Source: an uncultured Gammaproteobacteria bacterium (lineage in GTDB: Bacteria; Patescibacteriota; Microgenomatia; Levybacterales; GWA1-39-11). Taken from it: a stretch of DNA of 64,000 nucleotides. The first letter of the stretch is position 1, and the number at the start of each line of letters is the position of its first letter. The position numbers and the translations under genes were made by a program. Location of the stretch: NCBI GenBank assembly GCA_964640435.1, contig CAZXFJ010000002.1, forward strand, positions 4,175-68,174, written 5' to 3'. Below are positions 7,935-18,388 of the stretch, piece by piece. The notes under the pieces are model-generated. The model worked only from the letters and a program-made list of their open reading frames with translations. It did not search any database and was not told where the DNA came from.

Positions 7935-9422
7935 ATGACAAACGAAAATGACCGCTCCTCAATTCCGTTCGAAGCAGGAATAAGTCCGAGAAGGAATTGG
8001 AATTGGTTTGAATATCATTCAGCGCTTTCTTATAGATATGCAAGTCCTGAAATGAAAAGGGTTTGGTCGGAAGGACATAAGGCAGAGCTTAGCGCAGATG
8101 TTTGGATTGCTGTAGCAAGTGCGCAAAATAAAGTCGGGTTAGTTACTGACGAGCAACTTGCAGATCTGCAAGAACACAAAAGAGATTTTGTAGCAGGAAT
8201 AGATGAGATGTTGAGCCGTGAAAGAGATAGAAGCAACCCCAATTATAGTGGTCACGATATTATTGCTGCTACATCATGGTATGGCGAGGTGGCAAAAATT
8301 GGAGGAGGTATTGTTCATCGTCCAATGACCTCTGAAGATCTTCTTTCAAATGTTGAAGCCCTTCAGATGAAAGAGGGAACAGCCTTAATTGATAAAAAAA
8401 TGCATTCTGTACTTAAGCATTTTGGCGAGAAGATAGACCAATATAAAGAGCTACCTGCCTTAGGGCAAACTCACATGCAGGCGGGAGAGCCAGTCACCTT
8501 AGGATTAAGATTGGCTGTTCATGCCGTTGATTTTCTTCTTGACTACCAAAAATTACAATTTGTAAATGAGAGAATTTTAGGAAAAGGAATAAAGGGACCG
8601 GTTGGTACTATGGCCGAGGTGGAAACACTCTTAGAAGGTATTGATATGGACCCATTTGAGCACGAAAAGTTAGTTATGGACGAGCTAGGCCTTAGAGCTT
8701 TTCCTGTAACAAATCAAACCTATCCCAGGAAAATGACAGCAGATGTGGTAGGTGCACTAGGAGACATTGGAGTATCGGTTCAGAGATTTGGTTTAAATAT
8801 GAGATTATATCAATCGTCATTGTTTGATGAACTAGCGGAACCCAGAAGCTCTCAGGATAGAGGATCTTCTGCTATGCCCCATAAAAGAAATCCAGTGGGT
8901 GCAGAAAATGCGATGGCATTGGGAAGGGGAATAAGATACAAGCATTCTGAGGCTCAGGAAATTGCAGCAAATGTTGTAATGGAAAGAGGTATTGATGATT
9001 CAGCCGGGAAAAGATCATTTCTACCAGAATCATTTTTAGCTTTGGATGAGGCACTGACTAGGGTCGATAGAATAGTTGCGGGATTAGTTGTGAACGAAAC
9101 CTCTATTTGGAGAAATCTACATACTTTTTCTGAATTTACTATAAGTGCGCCTATCATGGCACTCATGACACGTGAGGGTATAAGTCGTCAAGATGCTCAT
9201 GAAAAACTTGCTGTGCTTGCAGGTGAAGCTTTTGAAACATTTAGGTCAACTAATGTTAATGATTATGGAGATAGACTATTAAATGATCCACTAGTAATGC
9301 AATATGTTACTGCTGCAGAGATAAAGAGAATGATAGATATTGCAGAGAAGCATATTGGTCGGGCACCACAGATTTGTGAGGGATTCCTCAGCGAACACCT
9401 CTACCCAGCACTTGCAAAATAA
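7935..9422 (+). CDS. purB: Adenylosuccinate lyase
   Basis: Fumarase-family signature 'GSSAMPHKRNP', plus 'THMQAGEP', 'RYASPEM' and 'TNQTYPR'. Confidence 0.9.
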   Translation: MTNENDRSSIPFEAGISPRRNWNWFEYHSALSYRYASPEMKRVWSEGHKAELSADVWIAVASAQNKVGLVTDEQLADLQEHKRDFVAGIDEMLSRERDRSNPNYSGHDIIAATSWYGEVAKIGGGIVHRPMTSEDLLSNVEALQMKEGTALIDKKMHSVLKHFGEKIDQYKELPALGQTHMQAGEPVTLGLRLAVHAVDFLLDYQKLQFVNERILGKGIKGPVGTMAEVETLLEGIDMDPFEHEKLVMDELGLRAFPVTNQTYPRKMTADVVGALGDIGVSVQRFGLNMRLYQSSLFDELAEPRSSQDRGSSAMPHKRNPVGAENAMALGRGIRYKHSEAQEIAANVVMERGIDDSAGKRSFLPESFLALDEALTRVDRIVAGLVVNETSIWRNLHTFSEFTISAPIMALMTREGISRQDAHEKLAVLAGEAFETFRSTNVNDYGDRLLNDPLVMQYVTAAEIKRMIDIAEKHIGRAPQICEGFLSEHLYPALAK

Positions 9423-9445
9423 TTTCAAAACTAGTAAAACTCCTG

Positions 9446-9462
9446 TATAATCAATCCATATG
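9446..9462 (+). promoter_or_regulatory. -10 box at the head of the glycosylation locus
   Basis: TATAAT at 9446-9451, ATG at 9460. Confidence 0.55.
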
Positions 9463-10206
9463 AAAGTATCCGTTGTTATACCCTCATTTAATGAAATGGG
9501 TAATCTTCGCAAAGGAACTCTGGACCACGTAGAACACTTTTTAGCAAGACAAAAGTTTGATTACGATGTAATTATCGTTGATGATGGATCAAAAGATGGC
9601 TCTAGAGAGTTTGTAAAAAAGTTTGTCGAATCAAACAGGAAATTTAAGCTAATTGAGAATAATCATATGGGTAAAGCTGGGGCTGTAACTACAGGTGTAC
9701 TTGCAGCAAGGGGAGATTACATTTTATTTACTGATATGGATCAAGCAACCCCAATTGAAGAATTAAGCAACTTATTGCCTTTTGTGGAAGATGGATACGA
9801 TATTGCTATTGGTTCTCGGGGAAAAGTTCGTCGGGGAGCTCCCTGGACAAGGCGTTTTATGGGGCAGGGTATGATAGTTTTAAGATCAGTTCTTGTGGGA
9901 TTTCCTGAAATTAAAGACACACAGTGTGGATTTAAGATTTTCAAGAAAAAAGCTGCACATGAAATATTTGAAAAGATTAAAAAAATCCATAATGGATTCA
10001 GAACGATAAAAAGCTCATCTGTCGCAGCAGGTTTTGATGTAGAGCTTTTGTATATTGCTGACAAAATGAAGTTTAAAATAAAAGAGGTTCCAGTCGACTG
10101 GCTATACGTTGAGACAAGGAGAGTTTCTCCACTCAAAGACTCAGTTGAGAGTGTACTCGATTTAGTAAGAATAAGAAAAAATATTTTCAAAGGAACTTAT
10201 GATTAA
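9460..10206 (+). CDS. GT2, polyprenol-phosphate glycosyltransferase (DPG/DPM-synthase-like)
   Basis: 'VDDGSKD', 'FTDMDQATP', 'DTQCGFK' and 'FDVELL'. Confidence 0.9.
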   Translation: MKVSVVIPSFNEMGNLRKGTLDHVEHFLARQKFDYDVIIVDDGSKDGSREFVKKFVESNRKFKLIENNHMGKAGAVTTGVLAARGDYILFTDMDQATPIEELSNLLPFVEDGYDIAIGSRGKVRRGAPWTRRFMGQGMIVLRSVLVGFPEIKDTQCGFKIFKKKAAHEIFEKIKKIHNGFRTIKSSSVAAGFDVELLYIADKMKFKIKEVPVDWLYVETRRVSPLKDSVESVLDLVRIRKNIFKGTYD

Positions 10207-11344
10207 AAGACTTTTACTTCCTCTCTGGATTTTAGTGGCAATCGCTCTTTTCCTTTATTCCTTCACTCAAGTTGATCTATCTTTGACGTTTTCAAGCGCA
10301 GGAATTTTCCAAACTGTTCAAAAATATTTCCAGTATGTAGGATGGTTTAATAGGCCATTATCTACATATATATATGTAGGTATACTAGTTGCTATTTTTG
10401 CTCTTTATGGAATAACGCTACATTTAATAAACACAAAGAAAATTGAAAGAAAAAAGCTATTAACAATAGTTTTTGCAGTAACAGCTGTTTTATTTTTGTC
10501 ATACTGTGCATTTTCTTATGACATCTTTAACTACATTTTTGATGCAAAAATAATTACTCACTACAACCAGAATCCTTATGAGCATAAAGCTCTAGATTAT
10601 GCCGGTGATCCTATGTTGTCATTTATGAGGTGGACCCACAGAGTTTATCCTTATGGACCTTTCTGGTTAGTATTAACAGTTCCATTGTCATATGTTGGTT
10701 TTGGCATTTTTAGTTTCACGTTTTATTTGTTTAAGCTTCTAATGCTTGCTTCATTTGTGGGGACGGTTTTGCTTATCGAAAGACTTGCTAAAAAGCTTGA
10801 TTTTGATCCCCTTTTTGCTGTAGCAGCTTTTGCGCTTAATCCATTAGTTTTAGTAGAATCATTAGTGTCTTCTCATAATGATATTGTCATGATGTTTTTT
10901 GGACTTCTTGCAATATATCTTTTTTATGAGAAGAGATATATTACATCGTACTTTAGTCTTCTTTTTTCTATTCTAATTAAATTTGCAACGGTACTTGAAA
11001 TCCCCGCAATTCTTGCAAAAAGTATATTTAAGCTCAAAGATGAAAAGTTTTTTTATCTACTCATATTATGTATGATTGGTGGGGCGTTACTTGCGACATT
11101 TAGAACACAGTTTCAGCCCTGGTATCTTATATATCCACTTACATTTGCAGCATTTGTGCAGAAAAAATATTTTATTGCAATTCCAGTGTTTATTATTTCA
11201 ATCGCAGCTCTAATGCAATATATACCATATCTGTATTTGGGTAATTGGGATCCCCCAGTACCTTTTATCCTTAACTCTATAATGCTCGCTTCCGTAGTCC
11301 TCTCCGTGATTGTTATTGGAGGATATAAATTAATTAGAAGATAG
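10199..11344 (+). CDS. GT-C membrane glycosyltransferase, MptA/MptB (polyprenol-P-mannose)-like
   Basis: 'SYDIFNY', 'YPYGPFW', 'ESLVSSHNDIVM', 'IKF' and 'QPWY'; many TM segments. Confidence 0.75.
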   Translation: MIKRLLLPLWILVAIALFLYSFTQVDLSLTFSSAGIFQTVQKYFQYVGWFNRPLSTYIYVGILVAIFALYGITLHLINTKKIERKKLLTIVFAVTAVLFLSYCAFSYDIFNYIFDAKIITHYNQNPYEHKALDYAGDPMLSFMRWTHRVYPYGPFWLVLTVPLSYVGFGIFSFTFYLFKLLMLASFVGTVLLIERLAKKLDFDPLFAVAAFALNPLVLVESLVSSHNDIVMMFFGLLAIYLFYEKRYITSYFSLLFSILIKFATVLEIPAILAKSIFKLKDEKFFYLLILCMIGGALLATFRTQFQPWYLIYPLTFAAFVQKKYFIAIPVFIISIAALMQYIPYLYLGNWDPPVPFILNSIMLASVVLSVIVIGGYKLIRR

Positions 11345-11369
11345 TCCCAAATTCAGGTATAATTTAATT

Positions 11370-12920
11370 ATGAATTTAAAGAATAAAAAGCTTTTGTTTT
11401 TTGGAAGTGCAATCTTAATAACTGTTCTTTATTTCGCGCTACGTTTATTTCATTTAACCTCACTACCACTTTTTACAGATGAAGCAATCTATATTAGATG
11501 GTCTCAGATTGCTGCACAAGATGCTAACTGGAGATTTATTTCTCTTACTGATGGAAAACAGCCGATGTATGTTTGGATTGCAATGCTACTCTTGAAGATA
11601 TTTAATGATCCACTTTTTGCCGGACGTCTAGTTTCGGTGATCGCTGGTTTTGGAACAGTAATAGGTTTATTTTTCTTAGGAAATGAATTATTCCGTGAGA
11701 AGAAAGAAAAAATATTTTCATTCACACAAAAAACTGTAACTATTGGGTTATTATCGAGCCTGTTTTATGTTATATATCCTTTCGGGTTAGTGTATGACAG
11801 AATGGGTCTTTACGATAGCTTAGTAGGAATGTTTGCTGTTTGGGCTCTTTATCTACTTGTTTTGCTCGTTAGAACCCTGAGGCTCGATGTGGCACTTCTT
11901 GCTGGACTTGTAATCGGTGGTGGGGTTTTAACGAAAACAAATGCATTCTCTTCTATTTATTCTATGCCACTTCTTCTGCTTATTTTTGGTTGGGGTGGAA
12001 AAGGCTTAAAGAATAGGCTTATTAAATTCTTCCTCTTATGTTTAGTTGTTGTAGTTCTTTCAAATGTGATCTACTCAGTATTAAGACTATCTCCATTTTT
12101 CCACATAATTGCACAGAAAAACGCTTTGTTTTTCTATCCAATAGGTGAGTGGATAAAGCATCCATTTACTTATTTATTTAGCAATCTAAGCGCTCTAGTA
12201 AACTGGTTAATGATTTACTTTTCCGTTCCTTTACTTTTGGTCATTGGGTCATTCTTTATCAACAAAAAAGACTTTTTTATAAAGGCAATGTTAGTGCTTT
12301 GGTTCTTGGCACCATTTTCGTTCTTGGCATTTTTTGGAAATACCATTTATCCAAGATTCATATTATTTATGACCTTACCTTTAATTCCGCTCGTTGCTTA
12401 TTCAATCGTTGAGTTGTTTGCGAGATATAAATCAAACATAGTAAGAGGCCTAATATTAATTATTGCTTTTGGCTTCTATATATATTCTGACTTTTTTATA
12501 CTCACGAATTTCGCGGTTGCCCCAATACCAAGAGCTGACAGGATTCAGTATATGAACTCATGGAGTGCCGGAAATGGACTTGCTGAATCAGTTGAGTTCT
12601 TTAAAGAACAATCAAAAGACAAAAAAATATATATCGTTACACAAGGAACATTTGGTCTGATGCCTTTTGGTCTTGAAATGTATTTGGTTGATAACCCAAA
12701 TATCAAAATTAATGCCTTGTGGCCTGTGAATAATACACCACCTGATGAAATAACTGAGATGGCAAAAAAGCTTCCTACTTATGCGATATTTTATCAGCCA
12801 TGTTCTTCGTGTGGAATTAGTGCAGGTAAGTTGCCTCAAGGATGGAACGGAAAACTAATTAATACTTACAGACAAGGAATTTCAGAGGACTACTATAGTA
12901 TTTATCAAATCCTTCCATGA
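11370..12920 (+). CDS. GT-C, ArnT/PMT_2-like membrane glycosyltransferase
   Basis: 'LRLFHL...FTDEAIY' (DE after TM1), 'GRLVS' and 'LTK'; soluble C-terminal domain. Confidence 0.8.
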   Translation: MNLKNKKLLFFGSAILITVLYFALRLFHLTSLPLFTDEAIYIRWSQIAAQDANWRFISLTDGKQPMYVWIAMLLLKIFNDPLFAGRLVSVIAGFGTVIGLFFLGNELFREKKEKIFSFTQKTVTIGLLSSLFYVIYPFGLVYDRMGLYDSLVGMFAVWALYLLVLLVRTLRLDVALLAGLVIGGGVLTKTNAFSSIYSMPLLLLIFGWGGKGLKNRLIKFFLLCLVVVVLSNVIYSVLRLSPFFHIIAQKNALFFYPIGEWIKHPFTYLFSNLSALVNWLMIYFSVPLLLVIGSFFINKKDFFIKAMLVLWFLAPFSFLAFFGNTIYPRFILFMTLPLIPLVAYSIVELFARYKSNIVRGLILIIAFGFYIYSDFFILTNFAVAPIPRADRIQYMNSWSAGNGLAESVEFFKEQSKDKKIYIVTQGTFGLMPFGLEMYLVDNPNIKINALWPVNNTPPDEITEMAKKLPTYAIFYQPCSSCGISAGKLPQGWNGKLINTYRQGISEDYYSIYQILP

Positions 12921-15313
12921 AGCAAAAAGTAATTATTGTCTTGTTATCCTGCTTCATTGTTTTGGCATTCTTCTATCAATTATTTCAGGGTAAAGTACCG
13001 TTTCCAGGTGACCTACTTGTAAATCAGGAGCCTTATAGATCTGAATCCATCGACGGGTTTGTAGCTGGATCTATTCCTAATAAAGCTCAAGGACCGGATG
13101 TTATTCATGAGCTTCTTCCGTGGAAAAAATTTACTATTGATTCATGGAAAAACTTGCAAATCCCTTTTTGGGATCCTTATAACTTTTCGGGTAATCCATT
13201 AATGGCAAATTATCAAAGTGGCGTTTTTTATCCGGGAAATATAATATTCTTTATTTTAGATTTTTCTGATGCATGGAGTATTTATATCTTTTTAACTCCA
13301 TTCCTTTCAATCCTTTTTACATACCTTTTCTTGAAAAGATTAAAACTGTCGGATGCAGCATCTTTATTTGGTGGCCTTGCTTTTTCGTTCTCTCTTTATA
13401 TGACAGTTTGGATGGAATACGGGAACATAGGGCATACATTTTTATGGCTTCCTCTTATACTTTATTTTACCGATAGATTTGTTGAAAGAAATAATAGAGT
13501 AGCTTTTTTGGGAATTGTATTGTCTTCATTTGCGGCAGCATTAGCTGGATACATTCAAGGCCTTTTCTATATTTATGCAATCACATTTATTTATTTTCTT
13601 TTAAAAAGTAATTCCCTAAAAAAGCCAAACTCACGTAAAATATTCATTTTCATTTCTTCTTTGGCATTACCAATATTTTTAACTGCGTTTCAAATGTTGC
13701 CAACGCTTGAGCTATTTGGTGAGTCAACAAGGGGAAATTATTCCCTGGATCAAATCCAGAAGATGCTTAATCCGCTTTACTATTTGATAACTATAGTTGC
13801 ACCTGATTTTTTTGGAAATCCTGCAAGCAGAAATTTCTGGTTTGATGGTACATATATTGAGAGAGTTTCCTATTTTGGTCTAATACCTTTTGCTTTTGCA
13901 ATACTTGCAATCGTTTCAGTATTTAAACGAGTAGAGGTTAAGGTTTTTTCAATTCTATTTATTTTTTCATTACTTATTTCAACTGATCTTTTCATAACTC
14001 GTTTTTTCTATTTAATACCTATTCCTGTTTTATCAACAACAGTTGCTACAAGAATACTTTCTGTATTTGCTTTTTCAGGTGCGATTCTTGCAGCATTTGG
14101 ATTTGAGCAAGTTTTACAGAGTAAGGATAAGAAGAAAATGTTTATGATTTTTGGATTATTACTTGCAGTAATAATTGTAGCCTTTGTGTTTACTCTTGCT
14201 TACCCAAAGACTTTAAGTGATTTGACAGTAATTTCTCAGCTTGCAACATCAAAGCGTAATTTAATTATTCCTTTAGCGACACTCATTATTTTTGGCGGGT
14301 TAACATTTGTTTTTTATAATTTGAATCTTTTTAAAAAGTATAAAAAGATGATTTACGTATTTGTTATTTTTGCAATAACTTTCGCAGAATTGTTTTATTA
14401 TTTTCAAAAAATTACACCGTTTGCTCCTAAAAATTATATGTACCCAGAAACACCCATTATGTCTTTCCTACAAAAAGATGCGGGTATAAATCGGTTTTGG
14501 GGATATGGTACTGCATATATCGAAAGCAATTTTCAAACTTTTGATAAAACATACTCACCTGAAGGAAATGACCCGCTCCATATAAAAACATATACCGAGC
14601 TTTTATCAGTTAGCAAAGATGGAAAAGTCCCCGCATTACTTCCGAGGCCGGATGCAAATATTGCAAGTGGATATGGTCAGGAAGATCTTTCAAATAACTC
14701 TTATAGACAAAAGATATTAAATATCGTTGGTATTAAGTACGTCCTTAATAGGAGCGAGATTCTAACAGGAGATTATTCTCCCGATACGGTAACTTTCCCA
14801 GAAGAAAAATATAAGCTGGCTTGGCAAAAAGGTCTATGGCAGGCATATGAGAACAAGAATATAACTCAACGAATTTTTATTACAAATAAATATAAAGTTG
14901 TGAATGAAGATAAAGCACTTCAGACTTTATTGAATAAGGACTTTAATGAAAAAGAGACTCTGGTGCTGTATGAAGATCCAAAGATCAAGCAGAGTGATTT
15001 AAAACAAAGTCTAAAAGTTGATTCATATACACCAAATAAAATTACTATTTCAGCAAAAACTTCCTCCGATGCGCTTCTTTATGTGTCAGACAATTATTAT
15101 CCCGGGTGGATTGCAAGTATTGATGGTCAAGACAACAAGATATATTTGGCAAATTATACTTTCCGTGCTGTTGTTGTACCAGCAGGTGACCATAAGGTAG
15201 TTTTTGAATTTAAGCCACAAAGCTTTTATTATGGAATATATATCGCACTTGCCGGTCTAGCGGGACTGGTAATAATGCTTATTATTATTGGTAAAAAAAA
15301 GAATGAAAAGTAA
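12917..15313 (+). CDS. YfhO-family GT-C membrane protein
   Basis: 'PFWDPYNFSGNPLMANYQ', 'PDFFGNP', C-terminal 'YYPGW...NYTFRAV' and a terminal TM. Confidence 0.85.
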   Translation: MKQKVIIVLLSCFIVLAFFYQLFQGKVPFPGDLLVNQEPYRSESIDGFVAGSIPNKAQGPDVIHELLPWKKFTIDSWKNLQIPFWDPYNFSGNPLMANYQSGVFYPGNIIFFILDFSDAWSIYIFLTPFLSILFTYLFLKRLKLSDAASLFGGLAFSFSLYMTVWMEYGNIGHTFLWLPLILYFTDRFVERNNRVAFLGIVLSSFAAALAGYIQGLFYIYAITFIYFLLKSNSLKKPNSRKIFIFISSLALPIFLTAFQMLPTLELFGESTRGNYSLDQIQKMLNPLYYLITIVAPDFFGNPASRNFWFDGTYIERVSYFGLIPFAFAILAIVSVFKRVEVKVFSILFIFSLLISTDLFITRFFYLIPIPVLSTTVATRILSVFAFSGAILAAFGFEQVLQSKDKKKMFMIFGLLLAVIIVAFVFTLAYPKTLSDLTVISQLATSKRNLIIPLATLIIFGGLTFVFYNLNLFKKYKKMIYVFVIFAITFAELFYYFQKITPFAPKNYMYPETPIMSFLQKDAGINRFWGYGTAYIESNFQTFDKTYSPEGNDPLHIKTYTELLSVSKDGKVPALLPRPDANIASGYGQEDLSNNSYRQKILNIVGIKYVLNRSEILTGDYSPDTVTFPEEKYKLAWQKGLWQAYENKNITQRIFITNKYKVVNEDKALQTLLNKDFNEKETLVLYEDPKIKQSDLKQSLKVDSYTPNKITISAKTSSDALLYVSDNYYPGWIASIDGQDNKIYLANYTFRAVVVPAGDHKVVFEFKPQSFYYGIYIALAGLAGLVIMLIIIGKKKNEK

Positions 15314-16859
15314 ATATGTCTTGCTTATTATTTTGATACTTCTTGTTATTCCATCTTTTTGGTTTTTGATAAAACCAGGTTTTATTACAACCGACGATGG
15401 TAATTGGATGATTATCAGATTTTCGGCTTTCTATCAGGCCTTACGTGATGGTCAATTTCCTGTAAGAGTTTTGGATCGTTTAAATTTCGGCTATGGTTAT
15501 CCTGTTACAAACTTCTTATACCCAGGCTTCATGTATTTGGCAGTTCCATTTAAAGCTTTTGGCCTAAGCTTTGTCATGACGATTAAGCTAGTAATAGCTC
15601 TTTGCATGATCGGTTCTGGTGTTTTTATGTATCTTTGGTTGGGCCGACTATACAACAGCGTTTCAGCGTTCTTTGCATCCCTTTTTTACGTTTATGCACC
15701 ATATCATCTTTACGACTTAAGTAGGAGAGGGTCTGTCGGTGAGCTACTTTCATTAGCTGTTTTTCCTTTCACGATGTGGCAAATTGAAAGACAAAGCTTG
15801 TTCTTTTCAGCGATTGGTTTCGCTTTACTTATTATTTCACATAATACACTTGCGATAATGTTTTTGGCATTAATTATTTCGTACGCAGCTGTATCAATCT
15901 ATGCTTCTGAAAATCGTAAATTACTTATGGAGTTTTATTCAAGGTTAATAATTTTTGGACTTGGGATTTCTGCCTTTTTCTGGCTACCAGCCTTATTTGA
16001 ATTACAAAATACAGCTTTTTCTAAAACAAAAATTTCTGACTTCTCCAAATATTTTGCAGACTACAATCTTATTGGATTAACAACTATTTTGATTTTTGTT
16101 GGAACAATTATTGTTTTTATTATAAAGACAAGTTTAATAAAAAAAGAATACAAAACGATTTTAATGCTGACTTTGGGAATTGTTACAGCATTTTTAGCAA
16201 GTAATTTAAGTGAGGTGCTATGGCATGTTCTTCCGGTATCATTTATTCAATTTCCGTTTAGGATGCTTTCAGTAACAATTATTGCAGCATCTTTTGTACT
16301 TGCTTTCTGTCTCTCTCAAGTCGAGATGAGGATAAGAATAGCAGTTGGTATCGTTTTTATTGCTGTGACAATTGTTTTATCTTACAAACTTTTAATTCCA
16401 ACTTCTTTTAATTTAGAACAAGATGGTTTTTATTCCACAAATGAGGCAACGACAACAGTTCTTGATGAATATATGCCAGTTTGGGTTAAGGATAAGCCTT
16501 TGGGACATTTCGAAGAGAAAGTAAAAGTTATTCAAGGAGAAGGTGGAATACAAAATGTTTCCGCTAATTCAAAAAATATTTCATTTAATTTTGTATCAAA
16601 TTCTCCAGCAGTTGTGAGCGTATCAACTATTTATTATCCTGGATGGAAGGCATATGCAAATGGAAAAGAAAAGGCAATATTTTTTGATAACAGGAATGGG
16701 TTGATTGAGTTAAAACTTGAGGGAAGGAATCAAAAGGTAGAATTAAATTTTGGAGAAACTACAATGAGATTACTTGCAGATATTGTTTCTATTCTCTCTC
16801 TTATTTTGCTCTTCACTATAACTTTATACAAACCTGTTTTAAAATATATAAATAAATGA
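15303..16859 (+). CDS. 'PTPS-related' GT-C-type membrane protein
   Basis: 'DDG', 'GYGYP', 'APYHL...RGSVGE', 'SHN', 'QFPFR' and 'YYPGW'. Start set at ATG 15303. Confidence 0.8.
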   Translation: MKSKYVLLIILILLVIPSFWFLIKPGFITTDDGNWMIIRFSAFYQALRDGQFPVRVLDRLNFGYGYPVTNFLYPGFMYLAVPFKAFGLSFVMTIKLVIALCMIGSGVFMYLWLGRLYNSVSAFFASLFYVYAPYHLYDLSRRGSVGELLSLAVFPFTMWQIERQSLFFSAIGFALLIISHNTLAIMFLALIISYAAVSIYASENRKLLMEFYSRLIIFGLGISAFFWLPALFELQNTAFSKTKISDFSKYFADYNLIGLTTILIFVGTIIVFIIKTSLIKKEYKTILMLTLGIVTAFLASNLSEVLWHVLPVSFIQFPFRMLSVTIIAASFVLAFCLSQVEMRIRIAVGIVFIAVTIVLSYKLLIPTSFNLEQDGFYSTNEATTTVLDEYMPVWVKDKPLGHFEEKVKVIQGEGGIQNVSANSKNISFNFVSNSPAVVSVSTIYYPGWKAYANGKEKAIFFDNRNGLIELKLEGRNQKVELNFGETTMRLLADIVSILSLILLFTITLYKPVLKYINK

Positions 16860-18388
16860 AAAAAATTCTAACAAATAACTGGGCACTTATTGGCTTTTTT
16901 TTAATCTCAATTTTTTCTGTTTTACCATTTTTTCAAAGTGGCTTTTTTCAGATTCATGATGATGTTCAGGTCGCACGAGTCTATGAGATGGGAAAAAGTC
17001 TTTCTTTAGGAATGTTTCCTGTGAGATGGGTTATAGATCTTGGATATGGGTTTGGATACCCTATTTTTAATTTCTATTCGGTCCTACCATATTATTTAGG
17101 TGGTACATTAACGCTTTTTGGTTTTGATGCGCTTCTAGCTACTAAAATAATTTTTGTGATAGCCATCATTGGATCTGGTATATCCATGTACTATTTGGTT
17201 AATTCTTTTTTTGGTAAAGCTGCAGCACTTACATCTGCGCTTGTTTATCTTTATTTTCCTTACCACGCTGTAAACATTTATGTAAGAGGAGATTTGGCAG
17301 AGCTCTGGGCATATATGTTTTTGCCCTTGGTATTTTTAAGCTTTTTCAAAATTTACCAAGAAAAAAACTTATCAAAAAAATATATTGTTATTGGTGCATT
17401 ATCTATGGCAGCAGTTATTATTTGTCATAATCTATCTGCATTCATGCTTTTTATTTTCCTTGGTATTTTTTCGTTGTTTAGTTTACTAACTGGGACAAAC
17501 AAAAAAAATATATTTACTTCATGTGTACTTGTTTTTGGGTTAGCCTTTATGTTGTCTGCATTTTACGCAGTTCCAGCAACAATTGAGGCAAGTTTAACGA
17601 ATGTTTTAACTCAGGTTGGCGGTGGAGCAGATTTTGCTAAAAACTTTGTATGCATCAGACAGTTATGGGATGGTCCATGGGGATTTGGTGGGTCAGTTGC
17701 AGGATGTGTTGATGGCCTTAGTTTTAAACTTGGAAAATCAAATATTATTTTTGCCGTGATCGCCATTTTACTAGCAATTTTTTACTTCTCAAAATTAAAA
17801 GAGAACAGAGTAATAATTGTGTTTTCAATAGTCTTTTTAATTCTTTCTGTTTTTATGACTTTGCCAATATCAAATTTTATCTGGGAATTACCATTTATGG
17901 ACTTTTTGCAGTACCCTTGGAGATTCTTGAACTTTACGGGGGTATTTATAAGTATTGTAATAGGATCAGGGGTGTGGATTGTTTCTCAGCAATTTGAAAA
18001 GAAAGCTGAATATGTTGCTGTAATAGTAATAATACTTTCCACCTTATTTATAAACGGTAAGCTATTCGTGCCTCAAAGATACCTTGATCGAAGTTCTGAC
18101 TACTATACAAATAAAATGTATCTTAATTGGACAGCTTCAAAGATTTCTGATGAGTATCTTCCTAAAGGTTTTGTAAGACCTACATCTTACGAGCAAATCT
18201 CAAAATACAAACTGAACTATAATAATAGTCTGTATAAGGCTGAGCCTCTTCCAAAACCTCATTTTATGATGAATCAAACATTGGTTCAAAAGGTTTCAAA
18301 TGCGATTTCTCTTATTGGTGTTTTAGGTTTGATTACTGTTATAATAAGTAAATTCGGGAAGAAAGAAAAAAGTTCTAAAAATGGCTAA
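16856..18388 (+). CDS. 'PTPS-related' GT-C-type membrane protein (short C-terminal domain)
   Basis: 'HDD', 'RW...GYGFGYP', 'YVRGDLAE', 'CHN' and 'QYPWR'. Confidence 0.8.
   Translation: MKKILTNNWALIGFFLISIFSVLPFFQSGFFQIHDDVQVARVYEMGKSLSLGMFPVRWVIDLGYGFGYPIFNFYSVLPYYLGGTLTLFGFDALLATKIIFVIAIIGSGISMYYLVNSFFGKAAALTSALVYLYFPYHAVNIYVRGDLAELWAYMFLPLVFLSFFKIYQEKNLSKKYIVIGALSMAAVIICHNLSAFMLFIFLGIFSLFSLLTGTNKKNIFTSCVLVFGLAFMLSAFYAVPATIEASLTNVLTQVGGGADFAKNFVCIRQLWDGPWGFGGSVAGCVDGLSFKLGKSNIIFAVIAILLAIFYFSKLKENRVIIVFSIVFLILSVFMTLPISNFIWELPFMDFLQYPWRFLNFTGVFISIVIGSGVWIVSQQFEKKAEYVAVIVIILSTLFINGKLFVPQRYLDRSSDYYTNKMYLNWTASKISDEYLPKGFVRPTSYEQISKYKLNYNNSLYKAEPLPKPHFMMNQTLVQKVSNAISLIGVLGLITVIISKFGKKEKSSKNG

Noticed and set aside
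15293-15300. Poly-A tract (8 A) at the YfhO/PTPS-related junction as a phase-variation site
   Set aside because: A7-A8 runs are common in Lys-rich AT-rich CDSs here and both flanking frames are intact.
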